Assembly: GCA_900544985.1 (NCBI GenBank)
Contig: UQXK01000001.1
Location: forward strand, 13,459 to 77,458
DNA length: 64,000 bases
Source of the DNA: an uncultured Eubacteriales bacterium
GTDB taxonomy: Bacteria > Bacillota > Clostridia > Oscillospirales > CAG-272
Direction of reading: 5' to 3'
Each line of letters starts with the position of its first letter. Positions within the stretch are counted from its first letter, which is position 1. The translations under genes were made by a program, and so were the position numbers. Under the pieces are notes generated by a model. That model made no database searches and was not told the origin of the DNA. It saw nothing but the letters and a program-made list of their open reading frames with translations. This document shows, piece by piece, positions 1 to 9,041 of the stretch.

Positions 1-1565
1 ATGTCATTGGCTCTTGCGAGTAGAGCTGTAAGGTCTGTGTTATAATCGGACCAATAAGCAAGCTGTGTTTCGAGCGATGTGTTGATTTTGCCAATGTCGG
101 CTGGTATAACAATCGCCGCTGTGTCCCAAAGCTCATATTGCCCCTGAATGCTTTGTTCGGCGGAATTCTTGATTTCGTGATAGCTTTCTCCAAGTTCGCT
201 GATTTTATCGATCGTATCTTGAATTTTTCCGACAGTATCAATGGCCTCTACTGTTACCTCATAGATTTTTGCCGCTTTTGTCGCAGAATAATATCCTGAC
301 GCTACCGCGTTTATCGCTTTTGTTAGATTGTTTTTGAATTTTTCAATCTTATCAACAGATTTTTGCAATATTTCGGAATTGACGCCATAGCCTTTTGCCG
401 CAGCTTCAACCGTAAGATAACCGTTGCGAACTGCATCAAGAGCATTTCGGAACTCTTTTGTGCTTTCAATGGTTTCCTCGGTGTCTTTTTCGCTCTGTTG
501 CATTGATTTTGAGTAAAGCCCCATCGCTTCAAGCATTTCGTTTTCTTTTCGAACACTGTTGTCATATTGTTTTTGAAGCTCACTTTGATCAAGTTCTGCT
601 CTTTTGATTTCAGCACGAGCGCTGTTAAGGGATTCTAAAAATGCTCCGTATTTTGCGTTAATCCAGCGAACCTCTCCCGGAGTCATATTGGGATTTATCT
701 CTTCTTGCAACTTTTTATTTGTGGAACTATTTAGTAATTCGTTATATTTTTCTTGCGCAGCAGCAGTATTTGCTTTTGCGATAGCAAGTTCTTTTTCAAA
801 TTCGAGTTCTTGCTCTACTGCTTTATAATAGTCCTCATAATTTTGCTCGTATTTTTTGCGGGCAATTTCAGCTTCCACTACATTGCGAATTGCTTCGGAA
901 GTAGAATTCAAGGCACCGGTTACCTTATCGTAAGAAAGTCCCAGTGTCGGAAGTCGGTCATTTAATTGATTGACAAGCGCAAGCATTTGCTCTTTTTCGG
1001 CTTCTGTTTTACTCGTCTGTGATTCGAGCTTTTCAAGACGACCAACAAGCGCGAGAACGACATCTTCTTCATTATTGATCGCGTTAATGCTTGCCTCGTG
1101 ACTGGCAACAAAATCTTCGTAAGATGATATTGAATTTTCTACTTGTTTGTTGAAATCATCCATTGTCATTTTAGAGGCTTCGAAATCCTCTTCCAATAAC
1201 AGCAATTCACCATGTAGAGCTCTTGCTTCATCAGAACTCTCACCGTACAATCTGCACGTTTCCTCATATTCAGCATTAAGCTCTTGAATTTTATCATATT
1301 GCTTTTGTGAAGTGTTGGTCAGCTTATTGGTTTCATCGGACTGGGATTTTATGGCACCGGCAAGTGCGATAACGCTTACTGTTAGCGCGGCAACGCCTGC
1401 GGCGATAAGCCCCACGGGATTTGCCATCATCGTGGCATTTAATTCCGCTTGCGCTATGGTTTCTTTTTTTGTGAGCGCTTCGCTTATAACTTTTAAAGCG
1501 TTTGATGTCTTCTTTATTGCAACATAAGAACCATAAACGCCGACGAATGTTGCGGCTCCTGCCGA
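1..1565 (-). CDS. Tail tape measure protein, C-terminal continuation (partial; -1 frame relative to 1514..2824; runs off window start)
   Basis: From my own minus-strand translation, a stop-free frame runs from 1655 down to position 1. It is absent from the ORF track because it has no in-window stop. It reads ..SAGAATFVGVYGSYVAIKK..MMANPVGLIAAGVAALTVSVIALAGAIKSQ.., a hydrophobic TMP-type segment, followed by >400 aa of Q/E/K/L-rich coiled-coil-like sequence. Confidence 0.7.
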
Positions 1566-2824
1566 ACAATGGTTCGGTCTCCTGCCGTTATAGCGATCAA
1601 GGATTTTACGATGGCAGGATTTTCTTCGGCAAACTTCGTGACATCTGCGAGCATTTCATTCCAAATCTTTAAAAGATTTGTCATTTCGGGAGCATACGCA
1701 TTGCCGACGGTGTTTTTCAAGGCGGTTATATTGTTCTTTTGAATTTGCAGTTCATCGTCAAGAGCCATAGCACTTGACAACATCTTGTCATTCATAATAT
1801 AACCGGCTTTTTCTGCCATTTGAGTATACTCATTCATGACGCCGGAGCCAGCGGCGATCAAGGTATTGATTTGCTGTGCACTTCTGCCGAGAAGCTCCAT
1901 AGCGACCGCATCTCTTTCGCTCGCATTTTCCATATTGCCCAGAGCATCAATAACATTCCAATATACATCTTCGCTATCGCGGAGTGATCCATCGGCGTTG
2001 GTTACAGAAACTCCAAGTTTCTCATACGCTTCGACATAGCGCGCCGTTCCGTCTTGTGCATAAGACATAGCGCGGACGTTCCTCGCCATTGTTGACGTAA
2101 GCGTTTCTACACTGACATCAACAAGTTCGGCGGCATAATAATATGCTTGCAAATCTTTTGCTGCGATCCCGTATTGAACAGAAACCGTACCGATTTCATC
2201 GGCATAAGCCGCCGCCCCTACAACGCAATCAGCGTAAAGCCGATAAATTTCTTGTAATCCTTTTGCAATCCCTGCCGCCACCAATGCATTTCCGACAGCA
2301 GAAAATGCATTAGATCCCTCTGTTCCGAAGCGAGATGCTTCATCAGCTGCTTTCTCTTCTTTATCCTTTAATGATTCTATTTCTTCATTAAGCCTTTGGC
2401 TTTCCGAAGATAGATTTTCTACATCAACACCGGAGTCAGATAGAGCGTTGCGCATTCTGCTCAAAGCTTCCGTTTTTTGTTCGAGAGATCTTTTTGTATC
2501 TTCTATACGTTGTTGTAAATCCAACTCTTTATTTGAAAGAGACGAATTTAATCCAGTTGATTCGGATAATTCTTGCTGTACATTTTTCAGTTGTTGCTGA
2601 TATATATTAAGCTTATTGTTTATCGCATCAACCGATTGCTGCTGTTTTGCATAAGAAGATATATCTGCCTGTGTTTTGTTGAGTGATTGCAATTCTTTTT
2701 GCGTTGCGGCGAGCGTCTTTTTTGCGGAGGAAAATGTTCCGTCAAAATTTTGACCGAGCTGCGCACTCAACTTGAACAGCATTTCATATTCATTTCGCGA
2801 CGCCGTATAAATCACTCCATTCAA
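1514..2824 (-). CDS. Tail tape measure protein, N-terminal part (frame ends prematurely at 1514)
   Basis: 436-aa ORF directly downstream of the tail chaperone genes. It has long coiled-coil Q/L/E/K repeats (LNIYQQQLKNVQQELSES..) and a central TMP-like region (..AELVDVSVETLTSTMARNVRAMS..). The last ~25 aa (DRTIVRQEPQHSSAFMVLMLQ) look out of frame. It uses a TTG start at 2824. Confidence 0.8.
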   Translation of the reverse strand: MNGVIYTASRNEYEMLFKLSAQLGQNFDGTFSSAKKTLAATQKELQSLNKTQADISSYAKQQQSVDAINNKLNIYQQQLKNVQQELSESTGLNSSLSNKELDLQQRIEDTKRSLEQKTEALSRMRNALSDSGVDVENLSSESQRLNEEIESLKDKEEKAADEASRFGTEGSNAFSAVGNALVAAGIAKGLQEIYRLYADCVVGAAAYADEIGTVSVQYGIAAKDLQAYYYAAELVDVSVETLTSTMARNVRAMSYAQDGTARYVEAYEKLGVSVTNADGSLRDSEDVYWNVIDALGNMENASERDAVAMELLGRSAQQINTLIAAGSGVMNEYTQMAEKAGYIMNDKMLSSAMALDDELQIQKNNITALKNTVGNAYAPEMTNLLKIWNEMLADVTKFAEENPAIVKSLIAITAGDRTIVRQEPQHSSAFMVLMLQ

Positions 2825-3339
2825 TCATTTTTTGCGTTCTTGTTCTTCGATAAGTTCGTTGCTGTCTCTGATCCATGCGGAAAAATTTGAAATTTTTTCA
2901 CCAAGCCAGAAAGAGGCAGGGGTATGATAATTTTGAGAAAGAATCATACATTGACGCCTATACCACTTACCGCCGTCATTTACGACTACTCTTGCATAAT
3001 TAAAAAATTTCGCGCACGACTCTTTATTGTTTCATAATCTTTTAGAGAAATAAGATCAAATAAGTCAATGCCTATTACCTCTGTGCAAGCTCTTGCCGCC
3101 ATACGAACGATATAATCTCCCGACAATGCGGGGACCATAGTGGCTCTGCCGAGACGGGCGATTTCGTTTTCTATCGCTAAGGCATCACGTCCCGTGAGTT
3201 TGTCAAAATCAAAAGATAATTCTTCATATCTTTTTCCGTTGTATTCAATAGGTTTTCTCAATTTTACAAAAACCTGAGCGCTGTCGTTTTTTGCTTCTTC
3301 TATTGCGGTGTCAAATTCTTTTTCATCAATAGCATTCAT
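2825..3339 (-). CDS. Tail assembly chaperone -1 frameshift fusion product (gpE+E' / G-T type)
   Basis: The -1 frame is open for 58 codons from the slippery site at 3001..3007 to a TGA at 2825..2827 (..NFFNYARVVVNDGGKWYRRQCMILSQNYHTPASFWLGEKISNFSAWIRDSNELIEEQERKK). That TGA sits directly before the tape-measure start at 2824. Confidence 0.6.
2986..3339 (-). CDS. Tail assembly chaperone (P2 gpE / XkdN-like), frame-0 product
   Basis: Located between the tube and tape measure genes. The sequence KLRKPIEYNGKRYEELSFDFDKLTGRDALAIENE is typical of gpE/XkdN chaperones. The ATG at 3339 is preceded by AAAGGAG at 8 nt; the track start at 3357 is less likely. Confidence 0.75.
   Translation of the reverse strand: MNAIDEKEFDTAIEEAKNDSAQVFVKLRKPIEYNGKRYEELSFDFDKLTGRDALAIENEIARLGRATMVPALSGDYIVRMAARACTEVIGIDLFDLISLKDYETIKSRARNFLIMQE
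3001..3007 (-). promoter_or_regulatory. Candidate -1 programmed frameshift slippery heptamer T TTT TTA
   Basis: The minus strand reads cga aaT TTT TTA att atg caa gag tag. This is an X XXY YYZ heptamer in the correct phase, 5 codons before the frame-0 stop. P2 E/E' uses T TTT TTG at the equivalent place. Confidence 0.6.
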
Positions 3340-3401
3340 AATTAGGGCTCCTTTCAAATAGCAGAGAGAGCGTTATTATAACGCTCTCTCTTTTTTGTTT
3401 T

Positions 3402-3914
3402 TTATTTTCCGAGCGCAGAACGAACATCTGCAAGTTTATCGATCCCGGATGAATCGATGTCTATGTAATTTATCGGATCATAGTGACGAACGAGTTTTCC
3501 GTCTATATAGTCTTTTATAGACAAACAACTATATTCGCCCGAAGCGGCTTGTGCCGCCGACGGAGCGACTGTTCCATCTCCAAGACTTTTTGGAATTACT
3601 TCAAGTATATGCTTATATGCAACGACCTTTATTGTTCCCGTTGTGGAATCATAAGTTTCATGTGCCGCGCGAATATCCAGTGTGTGCTTGCGTTCTTCGG
3701 CGAGCGTGTAAGCTGCCTCGGGAGCGTCTATAAATTGTATAGTGACACTCATAGCATCTGCGTGTCCCTTGACGGGAATGTCAACATCGCCGGCAATGCC
3801 TGCTCCGTTAACTGTAAAAGTCTTTTTTGTGACCTGGGGCAAGTTTACGCTTGCTATTCCCATGTAATTGGTGCCGTTTTCGTAAACTTCAAAATTGATT
3901 ATTCCTGCATTCAT
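3402..3914 (-). CDS. Tail tube protein (P2 FII / XkdM-like)
   Basis: 170 aa. The N-terminus NFEVYENGTNYMGIASVNLPQVTKKTF..GAGIAGDVDIP and the C-terminus DPINYIDIDSSGIDKLADVRSALGK follow the P2 FII pattern. It lies immediately downstream of the sheath gene. Confidence 0.8.
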   Translation of the reverse strand: MNAGIINFEVYENGTNYMGIASVNLPQVTKKTFTVNGAGIAGDVDIPVKGHADAMSVTIQFIDAPEAAYTLAEERKHTLDIRAAHETYDSTTGTIKVVAYKHILEVIPKSLGDGTVAPSAAQAASGEYSCLSIKDYIDGKLVRHYDPINYIDIDSSGIDKLADVRSALGK

Positions 3915-3929
3915 AAATTTGGTCCTCCT

Positions 3930-5363
3930 TTATGCGCTAAAAGCAGACGTGAGAATTTCCATGTCAAATTCGGCATACATATCTATTTCTTGTGCCGGAA
4001 CAGGCGAGGCTATTTTTGTATCAAGTCTGAATTTACCTGCTATGAGATTATCAGTGGAATTGTTATCATTCACATATTCAATCTGTCCGCCGCAAAGTTT
4101 GCCGTCGTGTGTAAGCCCATCAAGCCATGAGTTAAAGCTGTTGACTATTGCATCGATCATCACTCTTGTAAGAGGACGGTCGATGTAAGACCAAAACATA
4201 TTGACGAATGTGTTGCAGACAAAATCCATCATGCGATTTGTACAAATAAAGTGTTTAGAGACATCTTTATTATCAGGCCAGCAAGCTGTGTAATTTCCCC
4301 ATGCCTTCCAACCATCAAAATTGATAGCAGTAACAACGCCAGCGGAATAACTGATAATATCTGCTTGGTGTGTGGAAAGATTTATTTCATTTCCGGCTTT
4401 ATCGCAAAGACCTGTGATAGGAATACTCTTGTTGGAAGGGGATTCATAAGGACAAGCACCGTTGCCGGAATCTACACTTGCGATCAAACCGCATAAGATA
4501 ACGGAATAGTCGAAAATGTAATCTCCGACCTTTGCAAGCGGCCAGCAAACTATCATGTTTTCGTCTATATATCCATTCTCGTTTTTGTAATCAAATACTT
4601 TCGAATAAATATCGGCGCCATTACTTGAATCTGTATCAAGATCGACAACAGGCTTGCCTTTAAACAATCCGTTTATACTCTGAGCTTTGACAGCCATGAC
4701 AGCTGCAACAGAAGGTGTCTGGCTCCAACCAGGACAGCATATGAGGTCGGGAACGATTCCGAACAATGTCTTGCATTCCTCGATTTTTTCAATGGCTGCC
4801 TCAATATCAGTAGCCGTTATAGAGCTAATATCAGCTTCATCGTAAGAAACTGTAATACTTGTTGCTTTGTACGCAGAGCCACTTTCAAGAAGTTCTACAA
4901 CACAAGAGTCATCATTGTAGTAGATTTCATAATCTTTATTTTTTTCAAGAGTGGTAGCTTCGTTTTTTACAATAAGATTGTCATTGTCGATTGCGTCGCC
5001 CGTAATGACTGCAATATGATCAACTATTGCTACATCTTTATCTGATATTGATGTCTTGTGCTTAGTGGGGTCGAATATGTTGTAAAATATTGCAGGACCC
5101 ATTTTGAATAGCTTAAAATGAGAATACATTGCCTGACAAAGATTCCATTTTGGATTTCCGTTCTCGTCGCGCCATTCTTTCGAATACCCGCCGATTTTTA
5201 CTGCTTCGCCGAAATTAGTAGCTATTTGTGGCTTGTTTACAAATCCGTCAACGGTATGGCAGGGCCATGCACCGACAAAGAACGGAATGCCGACAACAGC
5301 ATTTTGCACGGATGCAAAGTTTGTGTCGGATTTATAGGTGTTTATGCCATGATTAAGAGACAT
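3930..5363 (-). CDS. Contractile tail sheath protein
   Basis: 477 aa. The N-terminus MSLNHGINTYKSDTNFASVQNAVVGIPFFVGAWP is typical of sheath proteins, and the gene sits upstream of the tube gene. Confidence 0.9.
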   Translation of the reverse strand: MSLNHGINTYKSDTNFASVQNAVVGIPFFVGAWPCHTVDGFVNKPQIATNFGEAVKIGGYSKEWRDENGNPKWNLCQAMYSHFKLFKMGPAIFYNIFDPTKHKTSISDKDVAIVDHIAVITGDAIDNDNLIVKNEATTLEKNKDYEIYYNDDSCVVELLESGSAYKATSITVSYDEADISSITATDIEAAIEKIEECKTLFGIVPDLICCPGWSQTPSVAAVMAVKAQSINGLFKGKPVVDLDTDSSNGADIYSKVFDYKNENGYIDENMIVCWPLAKVGDYIFDYSVILCGLIASVDSGNGACPYESPSNKSIPITGLCDKAGNEINLSTHQADIISYSAGVVTAINFDGWKAWGNYTACWPDNKDVSKHFICTNRMMDFVCNTFVNMFWSYIDRPLTRVMIDAIVNSFNSWLDGLTHDGKLCGGQIEYVNDNNSTDNLIAGKFRLDTKIASPVPAQEIDMYAEFDMEILTSAFSA

Positions 5364-5366
5364 AGC

Positions 5367-5636
5367 TTATTCCTCCTTAGTTTTTATGTCGGAAATAACT
5401 CTGTAAGCGTTGCTCAAAGAGTTGCCGCCGACTTTGATTTTTTTCTTCGCGGAAATGATTTCAAAATCCGCAACAATCAGCTGCTCGATTTTTGGGTGTT
5501 TATCAATCGCAAAAGAAAGGGAAGCAATGACTTTTTCGCGCGAGCCGCGATATATACTTCCTTGCTGAATCACACCTTTTATCGACGGACCGATATAAAC
5601 AAAAACACCGTCTTTTACGGTGATTTTTTTAGCCAT
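5367..5636 (-). CDS. Hypothetical virion-module protein
   Basis: 89-aa ORF packed between the neck genes and the sheath gene, with an 8-nt overlap with the upstream gene. No family was recognised. Confidence 0.5.
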   Translation of the reverse strand: MAKKITVKDGVFVYIGPSIKGVIQQGSIYRGSREKVIASLSFAIDKHPKIEQLIVADFEIISAKKKIKVGGNSLSNAYRVISDIKTKEE

Positions 5637-6117
5637 AGAAAACCTCTCTTTCTGTTGGGGGCATTAGAACCGTACACATAATCTCGCCGGCATAATATGG
5701 CGCGGTATCATCCGGATAAACAAGGCTTTCCACTTCCGCATCGGTATCGACTTTAAAGCGCGGACTTATGAGGACGTTTTTCATTATAGCGATACGCACC
5801 GTTTCCATAAGATTTAACAACGAGAGCGCCCCCTCTTCCTCGTCATTTCCATATACAGCAAAAACCAGACGAATCACGGCGTGAGATTGGCTTTGTTGAG
5901 AGTGCTTTTGAAAATCTTTTCCCGTAAGATATTGAACAATGATATAAGGTGCTTTCTTTTTTGCATCTTCACTGTTTGGAAGTCGCATTTTATGTATTTC
6001 TGGTGCGCGAAATATTTGTTCAGTATCTCCGCGTTGTATTGCGGTAGGTAGAGAAAAATTCCTTGTGGCATTCTCAATAAACAACTTAAAATCGTCAAGC
6101 AGATCTATTTTTGTCAT
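5629..6117 (-). CDS. Putative neck/tail-completion protein
   Basis: The ATG at 6117 is preceded by GGGAGG and lies 2 nt after the upstream stop. Its position between head-completion genes and the sheath gene suggests the role. The family assignment is positional only. Confidence 0.45.
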   Translation of the reverse strand: MTKIDLLDDFKLFIENATRNFSLPTAIQRGDTEQIFRAPEIHKMRLPNSEDAKKKAPYIIVQYLTGKDFQKHSQQSQSHAVIRLVFAVYGNDEEEGALSLLNLMETVRIAIMKNVLISPRFKVDTDAEVESLVYPDDTAPYYAGEIMCTVLMPPTEREVFYG

Positions 6118-6119
6118 GC

Positions 6120-6731
6120 TTAGCCTCCCCAACCATTAAGCACACGTGTGATTTCGTGTTCTATACGTTTGTCAAATGTCTCTCTGATATGATTTGCTAT
6201 ATCCTCTGAAACGTCATCATTTGAGTCCATCATCTGTGTGGTTGCCGGTCCCCAAAATTGGCGAATAGGGAAGCGGTCATCACCGATTCTCTCGTAAATG
6301 CCAAGGCGATCTTTTTTTACAATAAAAGCATTTTCAAGAGTTTGTTTTGCAGAGCCTCTTTTTACTCTGACGGCTATTTTCCCGTCTTTACCGAAAGATG
6401 TGTCAAATCTTATCAACGGAATGTGGTAACCATGGAATTGAATACTGATTTCGGTAGCTCCCGATGCGTCGGTGACTATATGACGTATTTTTGATGTCGT
6501 ATATTCCTTGTAATCAGAAGCTTTTACAAGATATTCTTTGCGAACGGCTCTGGCAGCATAAGCTTCACCGCTTGACGAGGCTCTCTTCAAAGCAGAACCT
6601 ACTGCTTTTTTTACTCCTCCGGGAATTCCTGCAAGCAGTTTTTTTGCACGTTCAATAGTATCGCTTCCAACGTCATCTACCCGAAAATTGATTAACTCAT
6701 TATTTGCGCTAAGATAAATGTCATTCATCAT
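6120..6731 (-). CDS. Putative head-tail joining / minor structural protein
   Basis: ORF in the connector block. ATG ATG at 6731/6728 overlaps the stop of the upstream gene. No confident family call. Confidence 0.45.
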   Translation of the reverse strand: MMNDIYLSANNELINFRVDDVGSDTIERAKKLLAGIPGGVKKAVGSALKRASSSGEAYAARAVRKEYLVKASDYKEYTTSKIRHIVTDASGATEISIQFHGYHIPLIRFDTSFGKDGKIAVRVKRGSAKQTLENAFIVKKDRLGIYERIGDDRFPIRQFWGPATTQMMDSNDDVSEDIANHIRETFDKRIEHEITRVLNGWGG

Positions 6732-7095
6732 ATGCCTCCAATTCAAGGCTTACCATTCCGCTCGAACAAGTTGATGTTGCAATCTTATAACGGACAAAAA
6801 ATTTTTTGCCCAAAGCTTCGCCGTCGTCAATGGAAATTATTTGACCTTGTTCGGGTATTTTTCCGCCGATGTCCGATAATGCGATATGCAGTTTTGCCTG
6901 CACTCCGAAAATACCTTCGGCGTTTTGTATCGGCTTTTCAAGTTCTTTGACTTTAATATACAGGACGGGAATTCCGTCATGTTCTAAACCGTCATATGTT
7001 TCACCGTTATAAACGATTGTGTGTTTGTCCGCAAATTCTCCGTCGTTTAAAAAAACACCGAGAACATCGGATGTTAACATGTCTTTAAAACTCAT
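6721..7095 (-). CDS. Putative head-tail connector (head-closure) protein
   Basis: 124 aa with a 4-nt overlap with the upstream gene. Its position is equivalent to the lambda FII/head-closure genes. Confidence 0.45.
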   Translation of the reverse strand: MSFKDMLTSDVLGVFLNDGEFADKHTIVYNGETYDGLEHDGIPVLYIKVKELEKPIQNAEGIFGVQAKLHIALSDIGGKIPEQGQIISIDDGEALGKKFFVRYKIATSTCSSGMVSLELEAYDE

Positions 7096-7526
7096 ATTTT
7101 TACCGGATTTCCTGCCGACAGGATAAGAGAAAGTTCTATGGCGCCGAAATATTCATCAAGCGCGGCGATCATATCGGATTTTGACATTCCGACTTTAAAA
7201 GTTATGCCAACATCTTTTGCTATTGCTCGCAAATCTGAAACAGAAGACGTTGAATCATATTTGGGAATATCAATATCGTTGTTGTTAAAATCGTTCTTTG
7301 CAAGGATTTCTTTTTCGATAGTGCTATCACCGATTTTTTTATTTACTGTGTGATTTTCAAGCGTTGCAACCGTTGTCTTTTCGGCATATTTGGCAATTCC
7401 AAGTTCTATAATGCGATTTGCTTCTACATCGTCTAATTCAAATGCCACATCATCTATACCTTTGGCGCGAATGCCGTTGTTGGTTTTTAACCCGTAAAAT
7501 CCTTTTATTATTTTTACAAGTGCCAT
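7092..7526 (-). CDS. Hypothetical head-associated protein with C-terminal HeH/Rho_N-like motif
   Basis: 144 aa directly after the capsid gene. The C-terminal SDLRAIAKDVGITFKVGMSKSDMIAALDEYF resembles the Rho-N/SAP (HeH) motif. Confidence 0.45.
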   Translation of the reverse strand: MALVKIIKGFYGLKTNNGIRAKGIDDVAFELDDVEANRIIELGIAKYAEKTTVATLENHTVNKKIGDSTIEKEILAKNDFNNNDIDIPKYDSTSSVSDLRAIAKDVGITFKVGMSKSDMIAALDEYFGAIELSLILSAGNPVKI

Positions 7527-7553
7527 AGAGTCTCCTTTCTTTTATCTTTCGTT

Positions 7554-8624
7554 TTAGCCGACCACTTTTTGAGCGTAAATGTAAGGACAGTAATTTTTCG
7601 GAGCAGCGAGAGGTCTTGCGCCAAGACGCAGTTTGCGAATATCTCTATCCTGATCCAATACAAATTTCGGAACGCGTTTTGCTGCATATGTTGCAAAATT
7701 TTCAGAACCGTAATCGATCTGTGTGATCTGACCATACATCATATGACCACAGCCAGGAGCTGTAACCATAGCAGATGTCGCAGGGAAATACGGAGTATCT
7801 GCTCCATTCTCATTTTCATAGCTTTCAGAAACAGCCCAAAGCGTAAGCATAAAACCGCCGAAGTTAAGAACACCCATGCGAACAACGCCGGGGTAAGAGA
7901 TTGTCTGATTGATCTCTCCAACAATAATGCCAGAGTTTTTATCAAGCAAATCACGAACTTTCGATATTTCAAGAATTGCATCTGCGGCATCTATTCCAAG
8001 AACGAGATCGGCGGCAGGCAACCCGCGTCTTGCGAGTATATTGCACATCGCTCTGACATCTCCGAAGAAATCACTGTTAGCAGCATCCCATTTTGTGCCA
8101 ACTGTATATGTGTGTTCGGATGTCCCGTCATAGAATTGAACGAGATTTACATCTCCCTTTGTGTCAGCGTCTATATACTCTTCCATAGTGCAAGCGTTGT
8201 TGATCATTGTTTGAACCGCCATCCATTCTTCTCGGCGTTGAATGCGTCGGTCAAGATCTGTCAAATCGTCAAGCTGCAAACGAGCCGCGCGCTGTGCAGG
8301 AGTGCTTCCGGGATAAAATGCTTCTCCGAAACCGCGTTTTGTAAGATCATCTATCGTGAGAAGACGAGACGGGGCAATATATGCAGGCTGATATTCGTGA
8401 ATTTCATATCCTCTGCGTTCAACAGGAATATCACCGGCGCGCGGTGCTACAAAGCACGCCATTTTTCTATCACCTTTGCGATACTCTGTCAACACTTTAT
8501 CACAGGCGAAAATGTCATTTGCACCTGTCGGGAAATAACGATCGCGGAAGAACGTTGCTTGGGGGACAATTTCTTCCGTAATCGCCATAAGCATATAGTT
8601 ATCAAAAAAGTTAAGTTCGGGCAT
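7554..8624 (-). CDS. Major capsid protein (lambda gpE-like family)
   Basis: 356 aa. The N-terminus MPELNFFDNYMLMAITEEIVPQATFFRDRYFP..DKVLTEYRKGDRKMACFVAPRAGDIPVERRGY matches the gpE-family signature. It follows a gpD-like gene. Confidence 0.9.
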   Translation of the reverse strand: MPELNFFDNYMLMAITEEIVPQATFFRDRYFPTGANDIFACDKVLTEYRKGDRKMACFVAPRAGDIPVERRGYEIHEYQPAYIAPSRLLTIDDLTKRGFGEAFYPGSTPAQRAARLQLDDLTDLDRRIQRREEWMAVQTMINNACTMEEYIDADTKGDVNLVQFYDGTSEHTYTVGTKWDAANSDFFGDVRAMCNILARRGLPAADLVLGIDAADAILEISKVRDLLDKNSGIIVGEINQTISYPGVVRMGVLNFGGFMLTLWAVSESYENENGADTPYFPATSAMVTAPGCGHMMYGQITQIDYGSENFATYAAKRVPKFVLDQDRDIRKLRLGARPLAAPKNYCPYIYAQKVVG

Positions 8625-8640
8625 TATGTATATACCTCCT

Positions 8641-9039
8641 TTATTTAGATACGGCTTTGAAAACTATGCCGTATTTTCTGAGCGTGTCATAATCATTAGC
8701 TGTGAGCTCATATTCGCTCTTAACTACGATTTTGTCAGGATTGAAGCATCCAGCTGTGTAAACAGGAACATTTACATCATTTTCTGTGCCGACAGGCACA
8801 TCATCGCAGAGAATGCAGTCGGGTGTAAGCGTTTCATTGCTTTTTGCTGTTTCTCCAAGCACAACGAGTTTGCCATCTCCGGCTGTTCCTGAACTTATTG
8901 CAAGAACGGTTCCTTTAACAAGAACGCTCTCTTTATCGAGTTTTCGAATTGTCTTTCCGCGTACTTCGGTTTTCGGGGTGATATCTGTTATGAAACTATC
9001 AAAATCCATATTCCCGATTTTTTTAGAAAGATTTGCCAT
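8641..9039 (-). CDS. Head decoration protein (lambda gpD-like)
   Basis: 132 aa located between the protease/scaffold and capsid genes. The sequence ..GTVLAISSGTAGDGKLVVLGE..VPVYTAGCFNPDKIV is typical of the decoration protein D family. Confidence 0.8.
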   Translation of the reverse strand: MANLSKKIGNMDFDSFITDITPKTEVRGKTIRKLDKESVLVKGTVLAISSGTAGDGKLVVLGETAKSNETLTPDCILCDDVPVGTENDVNVPVYTAGCFNPDKIVVKSEYELTANDYDTLRKYGIVFKAVSK

Positions 9040-9041
9040 AA

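Noticed and set aside
7569-8648. 359-aa plus-strand ORF antisense to the major capsid gene
   Set aside because: This is the same codon-aligned antisense-frame artefact as in nifJ. The translated sequence is low-complexity and Cys/Ile/Phe-rich, and the minus-strand gpE-like capsid call is strong.
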